This document shows, piece by piece, positions 20,548 through 30,472 of a stretch of DNA of 64,000 bases (positions are counted from its first letter, which is position 1; every line of letters starts with the position of its first letter). The notes beneath the pieces were generated by a model, which was not told the DNA's origin, did not search any database, and worked only from the letters and a program-made list of their open reading frames with translations. Both the position numbers and the translations under genes were made by a program. Origin of the DNA: an uncultured Bacilli bacterium. GTDB taxonomy: Bacteria > Bacillota_I > Bacilli_A > RF39 > UBA660. Location: the NCBI GenBank assembly GCA_934157235.1, contig CAKPHH010000003.1, positions 39,975 to 103,974 of the forward strand, in the 5' to 3' direction.

Positions 20548-22815
20548 CTATCTTCCTTTTTTACTGATTTTATTTAGTATTTTTTTAGGTACTCTAAATG
20601 GATAAATACAGATTTCTTTAATAGCTTTTTTAGCACCATATGTTTCATATTGATACTTTACTTTATTAGAAAATCTCTTTAGAAGTCCACCATTACTTTG
20701 TTGGGTACTTTGAATATATCTTATATTTCTATTAATATTCTTTATAGTTTTATCAAATATTCCCATTACATCACTTGCTGGTAACATTTCTTTAATGTTA
20801 GTTTCAAAGTTATCTTCTAATATTGACTTAATTAATTTTTTCCATTCAGTAATAATGACGCTTTCTTCATATTCTTTAGCTTTTTTCAAAATATTCTTTT
20901 TCATAGTAGTCATTTTAGTATTATCACTAAAGTACTCAACTATTTTATTAGCCATTTCATCAACATCATAGGTATTTATTAGGTAACCATCTACTTCATT
21001 ATCAATTATATCACGTAGTCCTAAAATATTGAATGCTATTGTAGGGATACCGAAAGTTGCGGCTTCAGTTATTACCATTCCAAAACCTTCACTTTGACTA
21101 GTTAGTATTAAAAGACTAGCATCTTTATAGTACTTTTCAACATTACTTGTTTCTCCTACGAAATCAATATTTTCCTTAGGAATAGCTAGTTCTTTTAATA
21201 AAGTTCCTAAAGTTTTATTGGTACCATTTAATAGTTTCATTTTTAAATTTATTTTTCCAACTACAGTTAACTTTAATTCCTTATCTTTATCAAGAGCTTT
21301 TTTAAAGGCTTCTAGAGTTAATTCGATGTGTTTTAGGCTATCATTAAATCTACCCACACAAATAATATTCTTATTATTTTCAGTTGCTTTATTCGATACT
21401 TTAAATGAATTAGGGTTTGGAATATAGTAAGAATTATTTTGTTTTATAGCATGAAGTTTAGCACTTACGGAATTAGTCCATACTACAGCAGTAGCATTTT
21501 TATAACAATTGTCACGTATTTCTAAAACATTTTGTAGATATGGTAATTCAGCTGGTAAATAATAACTATAATGATTGGAAGCAATAGTTTTTATATTATT
21601 TTCACTAAGTAGTTTGTAGGTATTTAAAACATTTAAATCTAGGTTTTGATTTCCTATATATAAATCTATCTTTAATAATTTACAAATACTTAATATAGCA
21701 ACAGGTAAATTAGTATTTATTGCTTTACCTACTTTGATAATATTTACTTCTTTTGGTATTTTAAAACCATTTTCATAATCTATTTCTGAAGCGACAAAGA
21801 ATAGTTCATAATCATTTTTTAAGTTTTTGAAGATTGTTGTTAAAACTCTTTCAATACCACCTTTTATCCAAACATTATTGTAAAATAAGATTTTCTTTTT
21901 ATTAGAATTAGTGAATTTAAAATTACTATTTTGTTCATATAAAAAATTAGTGTTAAAAAATTTTATTAAAGTTTTTTCTTCAGACTTAAATACTTTTAAT
22001 ATTTTTTCATACATAGCAATAGCAGTGTTATAACTATGCATAGAGTTTTTAAATAATAGTATAGTATTAAGCATTTCTGATAAATCATTATTAAAATAAT
22101 CCTTAAACTCTTCATCTGATATTTGAGATATGAATCTAGAATGAAGTTCATCAACTTCATGTTGAACTGTTTTGATTGTTCTTGATCCTTGTTCTTTGTG
22201 TTGTCTTGATTTTACTAAGACTTTGTCTAAAATAACAAACTTTTCAGATAAGGCAAAAGCAGCCCAACGATCATAGTCTTGAGTAGCTTTTAGTTCTGGT
22301 TTAAAGCCACCATGCTTTTCAAATAGAACTTTTGGGATTAATAAAGCACAACCATTTAGACCAGTTGTAACATTAAAAGTTAAGTATGATAAAGGATATT
22401 TTTCAAGTTCTGGCGATAAATGATGTTCTTCCAAGAAATTTAAATCTTGATCAACTAATTCAACATTACAAGCGATGATAGAGTTTTTGTTTTTTTGCTT
22501 TTGAAGACAAGCCATTTCATCTTCTACTTTAGTTGGATAATAAACATCATCATGACTTAGCCATGATACATATTTACCAGCCATTTTCTCAATACCATAG
22601 TTTAGGGCAGTGGCAACTCCACCATTTTCTTTTTTAAAATATCTTATTTTATTTCCATAACTTTTACAAATTTTATCAGTATTATCTTGTGAGCCATCAT
22701 TAACGACTATTATTTCAATATTTTTATAAGTCTGATTCAAAGCGGAATCTATGGCTTCTTTTATATATTTTTCACCGTTATATACCGGTATTATTATGCT
22801 TACCTTATTATTCAC
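20548..22815 (-). CDS. Bifunctional GT2 (N-terminal) :: GT4 (C-terminal) glycosyltransferase fusion
   Basis: N-terminus VSIIIPVYNGEKYIKEAIDSALNQTYKNIEIIVVNDGS...WLSHDDVY is GT2. C-terminus VGRFNDSLKHIE...ILTSQSEGFGMVITEAATFGIPTIA is GT4. Confidence 0.85.
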   Translation of the reverse strand: MNNKVSIIIPVYNGEKYIKEAIDSALNQTYKNIEIIVVNDGSQDNTDKICKSYGNKIRYFKKENGGVATALNYGIEKMAGKYVSWLSHDDVYYPTKVEDEMACLQKQKNKNSIIACNVELVDQDLNFLEEHHLSPELEKYPLSYLTFNVTTGLNGCALLIPKVLFEKHGGFKPELKATQDYDRWAAFALSEKFVILDKVLVKSRQHKEQGSRTIKTVQHEVDELHSRFISQISDEEFKDYFNNDLSEMLNTILLFKNSMHSYNTAIAMYEKILKVFKSEEKTLIKFFNTNFLYEQNSNFKFTNSNKKKILFYNNVWIKGGIERVLTTIFKNLKNDYELFFVASEIDYENGFKIPKEVNIIKVGKAINTNLPVAILSICKLLKIDLYIGNQNLDLNVLNTYKLLSENNIKTIASNHYSYYLPAELPYLQNVLEIRDNCYKNATAVVWTNSVSAKLHAIKQNNSYYIPNPNSFKVSNKATENNKNIICVGRFNDSLKHIELTLEAFKKALDKDKELKLTVVGKINLKMKLLNGTNKTLGTLLKELAIPKENIDFVGETSNVEKYYKDASLLILTSQSEGFGMVITEAATFGIPTIAFNILGLRDIIDNEVDGYLINTYDVDEMANKIVEYFSDNTKMTTMKKNILKKAKEYEESVIITEWKKLIKSILEDNFETNIKEMLPASDVMGIFDKTIKNINRNIRYIQSTQQSNGGLLKRFSNKVKYQYETYGAKKAIKEICIYPFRVPKKILNKISKKGR

Positions 22816-25120
22816 TTTTACATCTCCTCATAATACGTTTTATCTTTCTTAATATTTCTGTTAAGCGCCAACTTTTTGAGTTTAAAATCTTGTTTTTCTC
22901 CTCTACGGCTTCCTCATATTTAGTATTTAATTCTTTTACTTGTTTTCTTAACATTTTATTTTGAAGAAATAATTCTTCATAGGCAATATCTACTTTTACT
23001 TTAGTAGGACCTAAACTATTTTGTAAAAAGGCAAACGAACTTTCTTTTAGTTTTTCGATATTTGCATCTATTTCTTCATAGTTAATAGCTACTTCGGTAC
23101 TTTTTACACTATTTAGACTACTGAAATTAATAGACTCTAGGTTTCCTTTTAAGTTGTTGAAAAGAGTTTTAAATCTACTTAGAGCTTTACTCTTTTTACC
23201 AATGCAAATTATTTTTTTATGAAATATTGTTCCAAATATTACACCATGGTAGGAATCTGTTACTAGATATTCACATTTTCTGATTCCATCTAACCATTTA
23301 GAAATACTATTATATTTAAAGATAGTTGTTGTTCCTAGGGTTTCAGTGTTTCCTTTAATATTTACTATTTTTTTCTTAGGGAATAGTCTATTAAAGTTTT
23401 TATCATTTAAGATTGTATTTTCATGGTCCATAACAAAATAAACGGCAACATCTATTTTTTCATCATAAGTTTCAGTTATTAACTTTTCATATTCTTCTTT
23501 CTTTAATAATAATGTTGGATCAAGAACAACAGTTGACTCTTGATTAAATCTATTAGAAAGGATTTTTTGCCCTTCCTCTTCTCTTACAGAAATATTATAG
23601 AAGGTTTTAAGTAGTCCTTTGCAATCTTCTGTTTCTTCTTCGTTTCCTTCAAAATCATTGGTACCAAAACTAGCGGCATAGGATATTTTATTTTTACCTT
23701 TAGCAAAATCTAGAAAGTAAGTTTCCATGTTAGCTCCAGTAATTTGTTTACGCCATACTTGATCACTACCAGTAATATACATATCTAGATAATCAGTTAA
23801 AATATTTAATTCATCTTTATTTTTGAATCTTGGTGTCATATTTAAATATTTTTTACGGAAGTTTAAAAACTCTATAGTACGATATCTTTCTAAAGGATTA
23901 AATTCTTTAAAAGGATCAAAATCTATTATATAAGGGTTATAACCTACTTTTTTAACAGCTTCACTTAAAGAATAAGCAACTAAATTAGCTCCATAGTTGT
24001 AGTTTTCATAATGAAAGTTAATTATTCCTACTCCATCTTTATCCTTTTTTAAACCTTTTTTCTCTTGTTGCCAATAACTTAATTGGTTGTTTATATTAGT
24101 ACTCAATTTTTCTATTTTATTTCGATTATAATGATTATAAGTTGGATAAAGAATTGGATAATTTGATGTTAATAGTTTTTCAATATCGAAATCATCAAAC
24201 TCGATTAGCTTATTTTTTATCTTATTGTAGATAGCTTTGCCAGTTGAAGTATTTAGCATTACTACAGAATTTTTGTGTTTGTATTTAGAATTTTCATAGC
24301 CCCAGGCATCACATAGCGTTATATCACTATAATTTTTAAAAGCTTTAAATTGACAATTACCACAACTTGGATAATCTATAAGTCCAGTGAAGAAGGCTTT
24401 TCCATATGTGGTATTATATAAGACGTCATTGTATTTTTTACCATTTTTAAATTCCACAAGAAAGATTTTTGCTGGTTCTTTTTCATTAAGATATCTAAAA
24501 TCGACAGATTTGGCTTTGGATTGAAATTTTATTTCTAGAGATGTTAAATACTTAGACCAAATTTTTTCAGAAGGAGTTCCATGACAAATAATATCAACAG
24601 TTATTAGATTTGAATATTCTTTTTTTAGAAAACATTTTAAGCCAGCAATTTGACATGGAGTACCAGAAAATAATACTGTTTTTCCCTTCTTTAGATCTTT
24701 TTCTGCTAATAAAAAGTTATTGCTCATGTTACTACGAACATACTTACTTTTTAAAATCTTATTTAAATCATTAATATTAGTACATCTTAGATGTTTTACA
24801 CTATGAAAGTTATCAGAGAATGCAGCACCATACACAATACCAGAATGTTTTAGAACATATCTTGCTATTTCACCGAATAAGCCACCTGAGGAGCTTTTAT
24901 TTATATTAGTGGTACTTTTTACTCTAGCCACTTTAAATACAGGATTGTTTTTCTCTTTTGTTTTATTTCCAGGACAATTATTTTTACAAATGTTACAGTC
25001 TACACATTTATTATTTACTTTTATTTCATTGTATACTTTTTTACTAATGCTTATAGCACTTTTTGGACATTTAGAAACACAAGCTGTACATACACTACAA
25101 TTTTCAGTTATTTTTTTCAT
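22808..25120 (-). CDS. 2x[4Fe-4S] ferredoxin + FrhB/FdhB-like (F420 hydrogenase beta-like) domain fused to a polysaccharide pyruvyl transferase, with a C-terminal coiled coil
   Basis: CSVCTACVSKCP and CVDCNICKNNCP clusters. SSSGGLFGEIA...SKYVRS...FSGTPCQIAGLK...DIICHGTPS is the FrhB_FdhB_C pattern. GVGIINFHYENYNYGANLVAYSL...ITGSDQVW...TDSYHG is the PS_pyruv_trans pattern. The tail is QNKMLRKQVKELNTKYEEAVEEKNKILNSKSWRLTEILRKIKR. Confidence 0.8.
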   Translation of the reverse strand: MKKITENCSVCTACVSKCPKSAISISKKVYNEIKVNNKCVDCNICKNNCPGNKTKEKNNPVFKVARVKSTTNINKSSSGGLFGEIARYVLKHSGIVYGAAFSDNFHSVKHLRCTNINDLNKILKSKYVRSNMSNNFLLAEKDLKKGKTVLFSGTPCQIAGLKCFLKKEYSNLITVDIICHGTPSEKIWSKYLTSLEIKFQSKAKSVDFRYLNEKEPAKIFLVEFKNGKKYNDVLYNTTYGKAFFTGLIDYPSCGNCQFKAFKNYSDITLCDAWGYENSKYKHKNSVVMLNTSTGKAIYNKIKNKLIEFDDFDIEKLLTSNYPILYPTYNHYNRNKIEKLSTNINNQLSYWQQEKKGLKKDKDGVGIINFHYENYNYGANLVAYSLSEAVKKVGYNPYIIDFDPFKEFNPLERYRTIEFLNFRKKYLNMTPRFKNKDELNILTDYLDMYITGSDQVWRKQITGANMETYFLDFAKGKNKISYAASFGTNDFEGNEEETEDCKGLLKTFYNISVREEEGQKILSNRFNQESTVVLDPTLLLKKEEYEKLITETYDEKIDVAVYFVMDHENTILNDKNFNRLFPKKKIVNIKGNTETLGTTTIFKYNSISKWLDGIRKCEYLVTDSYHGVIFGTIFHKKIICIGKKSKALSRFKTLFNNLKGNLESINFSSLNSVKSTEVAINYEEIDANIEKLKESSFAFLQNSLGPTKVKVDIAYEELFLQNKMLRKQVKELNTKYEEAVEEKNKILNSKSWRLTEILRKIKRIMRRCKSE

Positions 25121-25128
25121 ATTATACC

Positions 25129-26703
25129 TTACCCTCTAAAAATTTTTTTATAAATAATTTTTATTAATTTCTTTGGATTGTTTTTAAGCAAGTATAACCC
25201 TTTTTTAAACTTTGAATTTGTATTTATTTGATTGTTTTTCAACAACTCATATACTTTTGTGTTATAGTCTTCTATTAAAGTTTCAGCTTCAATATTATCA
25301 AAAGCTACTGTTTCATTTAAAACATCATATTTTTCAGCAACTTTATATAGTAATTTTTTCTCTAAGGCTTTATTACCATAGAATGTTTTTTCAGTTACAT
25401 AGTTCAGTATACATTTTATTTTATCTATATTTTGGGTATCTTGGTTACTAGCCTTTTCTTTTATATTTATGTCTATTTTTGTAGCTTTGTTGACTGTTTT
25501 ATATAGAGTACTTAATTTTTTATTATAAGTATTTAAGTCGTATTCTTTTTTTACTATTTCTAAACCTAATTTACCTCTTCTAGTTCTTTCTTCTTCATGC
25601 TCTACTAAGTATTTTATAGCTTTTTCTAAATCCTTAGAGTCTTTGTTTTTTACAAGATAGCCACATTCAGGAGCATGGGTTACGGAAGGAAGTGCACTAT
25701 TATTAAAAACTATTACTGGTTTTTGACAGGACATAGCTTCAATTGCCATCATACCAAAACTCTCTCCGATTGAAGGCATTAAGAATATATCACAGGCATT
25801 CATGGCCATAATCATTTCATCATCTTTTATTTCACCTAAATCAATGACTTTATATTTATCTTTTACTTCATCTAATTTTCCCTTACTAGAACAGGTTAAT
25901 ACTACTATATTCTTCTTCGTATTTAAATTTTTTAAAGCTTCTAGTACATAGTTTGTACCTTTAAACTCATCTTGGGCTCTTAGAAATAAGACAACATCAT
26001 CTTTATTAAAGTTATAATGAGCACGAGCCTCTTTTCTAGTTACACTACTGAATTTTTTCCAATCAATTCCAAATGGTATTAAACTGACATTCTTTTGATT
26101 TTTAGTTATAGGACTTTCCTCTACTAAATTTTTCATCCATGGAGTTGAAATTATTATATTTATGTTGCTGTTTTCAAAAACATATTTTTTTAAATTCCAT
26201 AAGGCATTACAGTTGTCTTTTTTTAAGGGGAATAATGTAGTTAGATTTTGACAATTCTTACAGCCTTTTTTCCATAAATTACATTCATAAAAATGAACAC
26301 ATCGACCGGTAAAAAGCCAAGGATCATGTAAGGATAAAACGACCCTTTTTTCCTTGGCTATCTTCTTTAAATCATATAATGATAATTTTGTATTATGAAA
26401 CATATGAAGATGCACAATATCGGCTTCTTTATATTCTTTCATATCATATAAGGCTGGTGCCGTAATGGAAAAGATATTATGAATTGACAATGCTTCCTCT
26501 ATTTCAAAAAGATGATAATACTGACTTAGTAATTGGTCACTATTTAATATTTTGACAACATTATCATTTTCTGATTGTTTAATTATAACAGCCTGTTTAA
26601 TATCAAAATCTTTATTTGATAGTTCTTCAAGCATATTATAGCCATTGAACCTTCTACCTGGTAAATCTATATTATTTACTTCTAAAATCTTTATCCTATT
26701 CAT
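25129..26703 (-). CDS. GT4-family glycosyltransferase with a long C-terminal extension
   Basis: GT-B C-terminal region IFLMPSIGESFGMMAIEAMSCQKPVIV and a Cys cluster CVHFYECNLWKKGCKNC in the N-terminal half. Confidence 0.8.
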   Translation of the reverse strand: MNRIKILEVNNIDLPGRRFNGYNMLEELSNKDFDIKQAVIIKQSENDNVVKILNSDQLLSQYYHLFEIEEALSIHNIFSITAPALYDMKEYKEADIVHLHMFHNTKLSLYDLKKIAKEKRVVLSLHDPWLFTGRCVHFYECNLWKKGCKNCQNLTTLFPLKKDNCNALWNLKKYVFENSNINIIISTPWMKNLVEESPITKNQKNVSLIPFGIDWKKFSSVTRKEARAHYNFNKDDVVLFLRAQDEFKGTNYVLEALKNLNTKKNIVVLTCSSKGKLDEVKDKYKVIDLGEIKDDEMIMAMNACDIFLMPSIGESFGMMAIEAMSCQKPVIVFNNSALPSVTHAPECGYLVKNKDSKDLEKAIKYLVEHEEERTRRGKLGLEIVKKEYDLNTYNKKLSTLYKTVNKATKIDINIKEKASNQDTQNIDKIKCILNYVTEKTFYGNKALEKKLLYKVAEKYDVLNETVAFDNIEAETLIEDYNTKVYELLKNNQINTNSKFKKGLYLLKNNPKKLIKIIYKKIFRG

Positions 26704-26734
26704 ACTAACACCGCCCTATAGTTTATTAATTTAT

Positions 26735-27844
26735 TTAATATCTTTTCCAAACAGTTCTGTTAATATAATCTGTATAGCTTAGAATAATTCTCACAACTTT
26801 ACTAGCTAAGTGTGGAACTTGATAGTCAGCTACTGGATTCATCTTAACATTTTGTGCTGTAACGACTTTGATAGCATCTAAAATACCTTGTTCTTCAACA
26901 CCAGACATTATTAGAGTTCCTTCATCCATTCCTTCAGGACGTTCATGAGCTTGGCGTATTGTGATAGCTGGGAAGCCTAGTAGTGAAGATTCTTCAGTTA
27001 TAGTTCCACTATCAGAAATTACACAGAATGCATTTTGTTGTAGCTTATTGTAATCATTAAATCCTAAAGGTTTCATGTATTTAACTAAATCGTTAAATTT
27101 AAAGCCCATAGCTTCGATCTTTTTTCTTGTTCTAGGATGTGCACTGAAGACAATTGGCATTTTGTATACTTCAGCAACTTTATTTATAGAGTTTAATAAG
27201 TTAATAAAGTTCTTTTCACTATCAACATTTTCTTCTCTGTGAGCACTTAGAACAAAGTATTCTTTTTCTTTTAGTCCTAGTCTTTCTAAAACGTTACTTT
27301 GAGCAATTTTGTCTTTATTCATAGCAAATACTTCTTGCATACTTGAACCTGTTTTTATAATAGTTTCTGGTCTAATACCTTCAGCAATTAAGTATCTTCT
27401 GGCATGTTCTGTTAAAGTCATATTTATATCACTTAAATGATCTAGTACTTTTCTATTTAGTTCTTCTGGTACTCTTTCATCAAAGCATCTATTTCCAGCT
27501 TCCATATGGAATACAGGAATTTTATTTCTCTTAGCAGAAATTACTGATAGACATGAATTTGTATCTCCATATAGTAATACTGCATCTGGTTTATACTCTT
27601 TAAATAACTTATCAGACTTTTCAATTACATTGGCGATTGTTTCAGCAGCGTTTTCTCCAGCTGCATTCATATAAACATCAGGAGCTCTTAAATCTAAGTC
27701 TTCAAAGAAAACTTGGTTTAATTCGTAATCGTAATTTTGTCCAGTATGTACAAGAATGTGATCTGTGTATTTATCTAATTCCTTGATAACACAGGCTAAT
27801 TTAATTATTTCTGGTCTTGTACCAACTATTGTCATTACTCTCAT
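26735..27844 (-). CDS. UDP-N-acetylglucosamine-type 2-epimerase (non-hydrolysing; FnlC/CapG/WbvD-like)
   Basis: MRVMTIVGTRPEIIKL...HTGQNYDYELNQVFF...HMEAGNRCFD...HREEN...SDSGTITEES are family motifs. Confidence 0.9.
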   Translation of the reverse strand: MRVMTIVGTRPEIIKLACVIKELDKYTDHILVHTGQNYDYELNQVFFEDLDLRAPDVYMNAAGENAAETIANVIEKSDKLFKEYKPDAVLLYGDTNSCLSVISAKRNKIPVFHMEAGNRCFDERVPEELNRKVLDHLSDINMTLTEHARRYLIAEGIRPETIIKTGSSMQEVFAMNKDKIAQSNVLERLGLKEKEYFVLSAHREENVDSEKNFINLLNSINKVAEVYKMPIVFSAHPRTRKKIEAMGFKFNDLVKYMKPLGFNDYNKLQQNAFCVISDSGTITEESSLLGFPAITIRQAHERPEGMDEGTLIMSGVEEQGILDAIKVVTAQNVKMNPVADYQVPHLASKVVRIILSYTDYINRTVWKRY

Positions 27845-28690
27845 TTAAAATCCTCCATATATATCTTTGTTTTTTTCTATCCATTCTTTCATTTCGACAA
27901 TCATTTGATGATAACTTGGTATATTAAACTTATAGTCTTCTCTTGTTATGACAAGACTTTTATCACAAGCGTAATTATCATCTGGAATTATTTTAATATC
28001 TTTATTAAAAACATCTTTTATGATTGTTAATAGGTCATATTTATTTATTTTTTGACCATTTGTAATATGATATAAACCAGTCAAATTAGAATTCATAGCT
28101 ATCTCTATTTGCTTTGCTAGTTCGATAGTCGTTACTCCTGACCAAACGGCTTTTCTAAAACCATGAACTTCATCTTTTTGTTTCATGAACCATTGGAATA
28201 GACCTATTCCATTAGGGTTAGTATCAGGTCCAATAATTGAGGTTCTTAAGGTTAGGGAACGATTGTTATTTATTTCACCTAAAGCTTTACTAGTACCATA
28301 TACAGTAGTTGCTGTTTTAGGACTATCTTCTTTGTAACTTCCCCCATCATGACCAGAAAAGACACAATCTGTACTTATATGAATAAGTTTATAATTATAC
28401 TTTTCAGACATTTCATCTAAGTAATGTGGAAAATAACTGTTTACTAAAATAGCTTGGCTTGGACAATCCTCGGCCTTTTTATTTAAAATGCCAATACAAT
28501 TTACAATAAAATCTGGTTTGATACTAGCAATGATTTCTTCTATTTTTTTAACATCTTCTAGAGCATCAAAATAGTACTTATTATCTTTATGTCTGGTTGT
28601 TTCATAGACATCGTATTCTTTATCAATTAAATATTTTTTTACAACATGTCCTAACATGCCAGTAGAACCTATTACTAATACTTTCTTCAT
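27845..28690 (-). CDS. RmlD-like SDR 4-reductase (WbvR-like; short form without the CapF/FnlB cupin domain)
   Basis: KVLVIGSTGMLGHVV Rossmann motif and YGTSKALGE (YxxxK). At 281 aa it is too short for CapF/FnlB-type reductases. Confidence 0.7.
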   Translation of the reverse strand: MKKVLVIGSTGMLGHVVKKYLIDKEYDVYETTRHKDNKYYFDALEDVKKIEEIIASIKPDFIVNCIGILNKKAEDCPSQAILVNSYFPHYLDEMSEKYNYKLIHISTDCVFSGHDGGSYKEDSPKTATTVYGTSKALGEINNNRSLTLRTSIIGPDTNPNGIGLFQWFMKQKDEVHGFRKAVWSGVTTIELAKQIEIAMNSNLTGLYHITNGQKINKYDLLTIIKDVFNKDIKIIPDDNYACDKSLVITREDYKFNIPSYHQMIVEMKEWIEKNKDIYGGF

Positions 28691-28691
28691 T

Positions 28692-29702
28692 TTATTTATC
28701 CTCTTTAAATAAGTCTAATTTTAATAGTAATTCTTTCATTCCTTCAACATCAAGTCTTTTAGTATTATGGGAATTATATTCTTCAATAGTTTCTAAATCT
28801 TTATTGCCAACATTTTCATATTTTTGATAATTTAAATTTCTTTTATCAGCTGGTATTCTATAGTAATCGCCTAAATCTTCGGCACTTACCATTTCTTCTT
28901 TTGTTACTAGTACTTCATATAGTTTTTCACCATGTCTTGTACCAATTATATTGGTTTTGGCATTACTATGTTTTAATTCTTTAATAGCAGTCGCTAAAGT
29001 TTCAAGAGTTGCGGCTGGAGCTTTTTGTACAAATAAGTCACCTTGTTCACCATGTTCAAAAGCATAAATTACTAAGTCAACAGCATCCTCTAAAGTCATC
29101 ATGAATCTTGTCATTTCAGGATTTGTTACAGTTATTGGTTTTCCTTCAGCAATTTGTTGACAGAATAATGGAATAACGCTTCCTCTACTAGCCATAACAT
29201 TTCCATATCTAGTACGGCAAATTACGGTTCTACCTTTTTCTAGGTTTCTTCCTTTAGCGATAGCTACTTTTTCCATTAAGGCTTTACTCATTCCCATTGC
29301 ATTAATTGGATAAGCAGCTTTATCAGTACTTAGGACGATTACTTTTTTTACCTTATGGTTGATAGCCGCTTCTATAACATTATTAGCTCCTAAAATGTTT
29401 GTTTCTACAGCTTCGATTGGGAAGAATTCGCATGATGGAACTTGTTTTAAAGCAGCAGCATGGAAAACATAATCAACACCATCCATAGCATCTTCAACAC
29501 TTCTATAATCTCTAACATTACCTATATAGAATTTTATTTTGTCATTCTTGTAGGCAATACGCATATCCTCTTGTTTTTTCTCATCTCTAGAAAAAATTCT
29601 TATTTCCTTAATATCTGTATCAATAAATCTTTTTAAAACTGCATTTCCAAATGATCCAGTTCCACCAGTAATTAATAATACCTTATCTTTAAATATACTC
29701 AT
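28692..29702 (-). CDS. UDP-GlcNAc 4,6-dehydratase/5-epimerase (FnlA/CapE/WbvB-like)
   Basis: KVLLITGGTGSFGNAVLKRF...FHAAALKQVPSCEFFP...STDKAAYPINAMGMSKALMEK is the CapE/FnlA signature, including the MxxxK variant. Confidence 0.9.
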   Translation of the reverse strand: MSIFKDKVLLITGGTGSFGNAVLKRFIDTDIKEIRIFSRDEKKQEDMRIAYKNDKIKFYIGNVRDYRSVEDAMDGVDYVFHAAALKQVPSCEFFPIEAVETNILGANNVIEAAINHKVKKVIVLSTDKAAYPINAMGMSKALMEKVAIAKGRNLEKGRTVICRTRYGNVMASRGSVIPLFCQQIAEGKPITVTNPEMTRFMMTLEDAVDLVIYAFEHGEQGDLFVQKAPAATLETLATAIKELKHSNAKTNIIGTRHGEKLYEVLVTKEEMVSAEDLGDYYRIPADKRNLNYQKYENVGNKDLETIEEYNSHNTKRLDVEGMKELLLKLDLFKEDK

Positions 29703-29716
29703 ACTTCTTATCTCCT

Positions 29717-30454
29717 TTATTTACCCATTTGTTTTTTATAGTATTCATCACATATTTCTTTAGCATTACCCATTTTTATTAATTTTCCATGTTCAATCCA
29801 GATAACTTTATCACATAAATCTTTTATCGATTCTAGAGAATGTGATACATATAGTACAGTAGTTCCACCTTTTATCATTTCTAACATTTTACCTTTACTT
29901 TTTTCTTGAAACTTAATGTCTCCTACTGATAGGATTTCATCAACTATTAGAATTTCAGGATTTACTACTGTAGCAATTGAAAATGCCAGTTTAGCTGTCA
30001 TTCCTGAAGAAAAGTTTTTTACTGGAACATCTAGGAATTCTTCTAGTTCGGAGAACTTTACGATATCATCAAATTTTTCTTCTAGAAATTCTTTTGAATA
30101 TCCTAAAATAGCACCATTTAAATATATATTTTCTCTTGCGGTTAACTCAAGATCGAAACCAGCTCCTAATTCAATCATTGGTGAAATTATTCCTCTTACT
30201 TCTACTTTTCCTTTGGTTGGTTTCATTACTCCGGATACAACTTTTAACAAAGTTGATTTACCAGCACCATTACTACCAATCAGGCCTACAACCTCACCTT
30301 TTTTCACATTAAATGTTAAATCATCTAAAGCCCAAAATTCCGTTGGCTTTTGTCTCCTTTTTTTATCAAACATAGCAATAAAAGCTTCTTTCATTGAATA
30401 ATTCTTTTCAATGCCAAGGTTAAACTTCATGGATACATGTTCTACTCTTATCAT
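29717..30454 (-). CDS. tagH: Polysaccharide/teichoic-acid ABC exporter, ATP-binding subunit (TagH/Wzt-like, no C-terminal carbohydrate-binding extension)
   Basis: Walker A GSNGAGKST, signature FSSGMTAKLAF and Walker B ILIVDEILSVGD. It sits next to an ABC-2 permease gene. Confidence 0.85.
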   Translation of the reverse strand: MIRVEHVSMKFNLGIEKNYSMKEAFIAMFDKKRRQKPTEFWALDDLTFNVKKGEVVGLIGSNGAGKSTLLKVVSGVMKPTKGKVEVRGIISPMIELGAGFDLELTARENIYLNGAILGYSKEFLEEKFDDIVKFSELEEFLDVPVKNFSSGMTAKLAFSIATVVNPEILIVDEILSVGDIKFQEKSKGKMLEMIKGGTTVLYVSHSLESIKDLCDKVIWIEHGKLIKMGNAKEICDEYYKKQMGK

Positions 30455-30472
30455 TATCTATCCCACCTTTAA

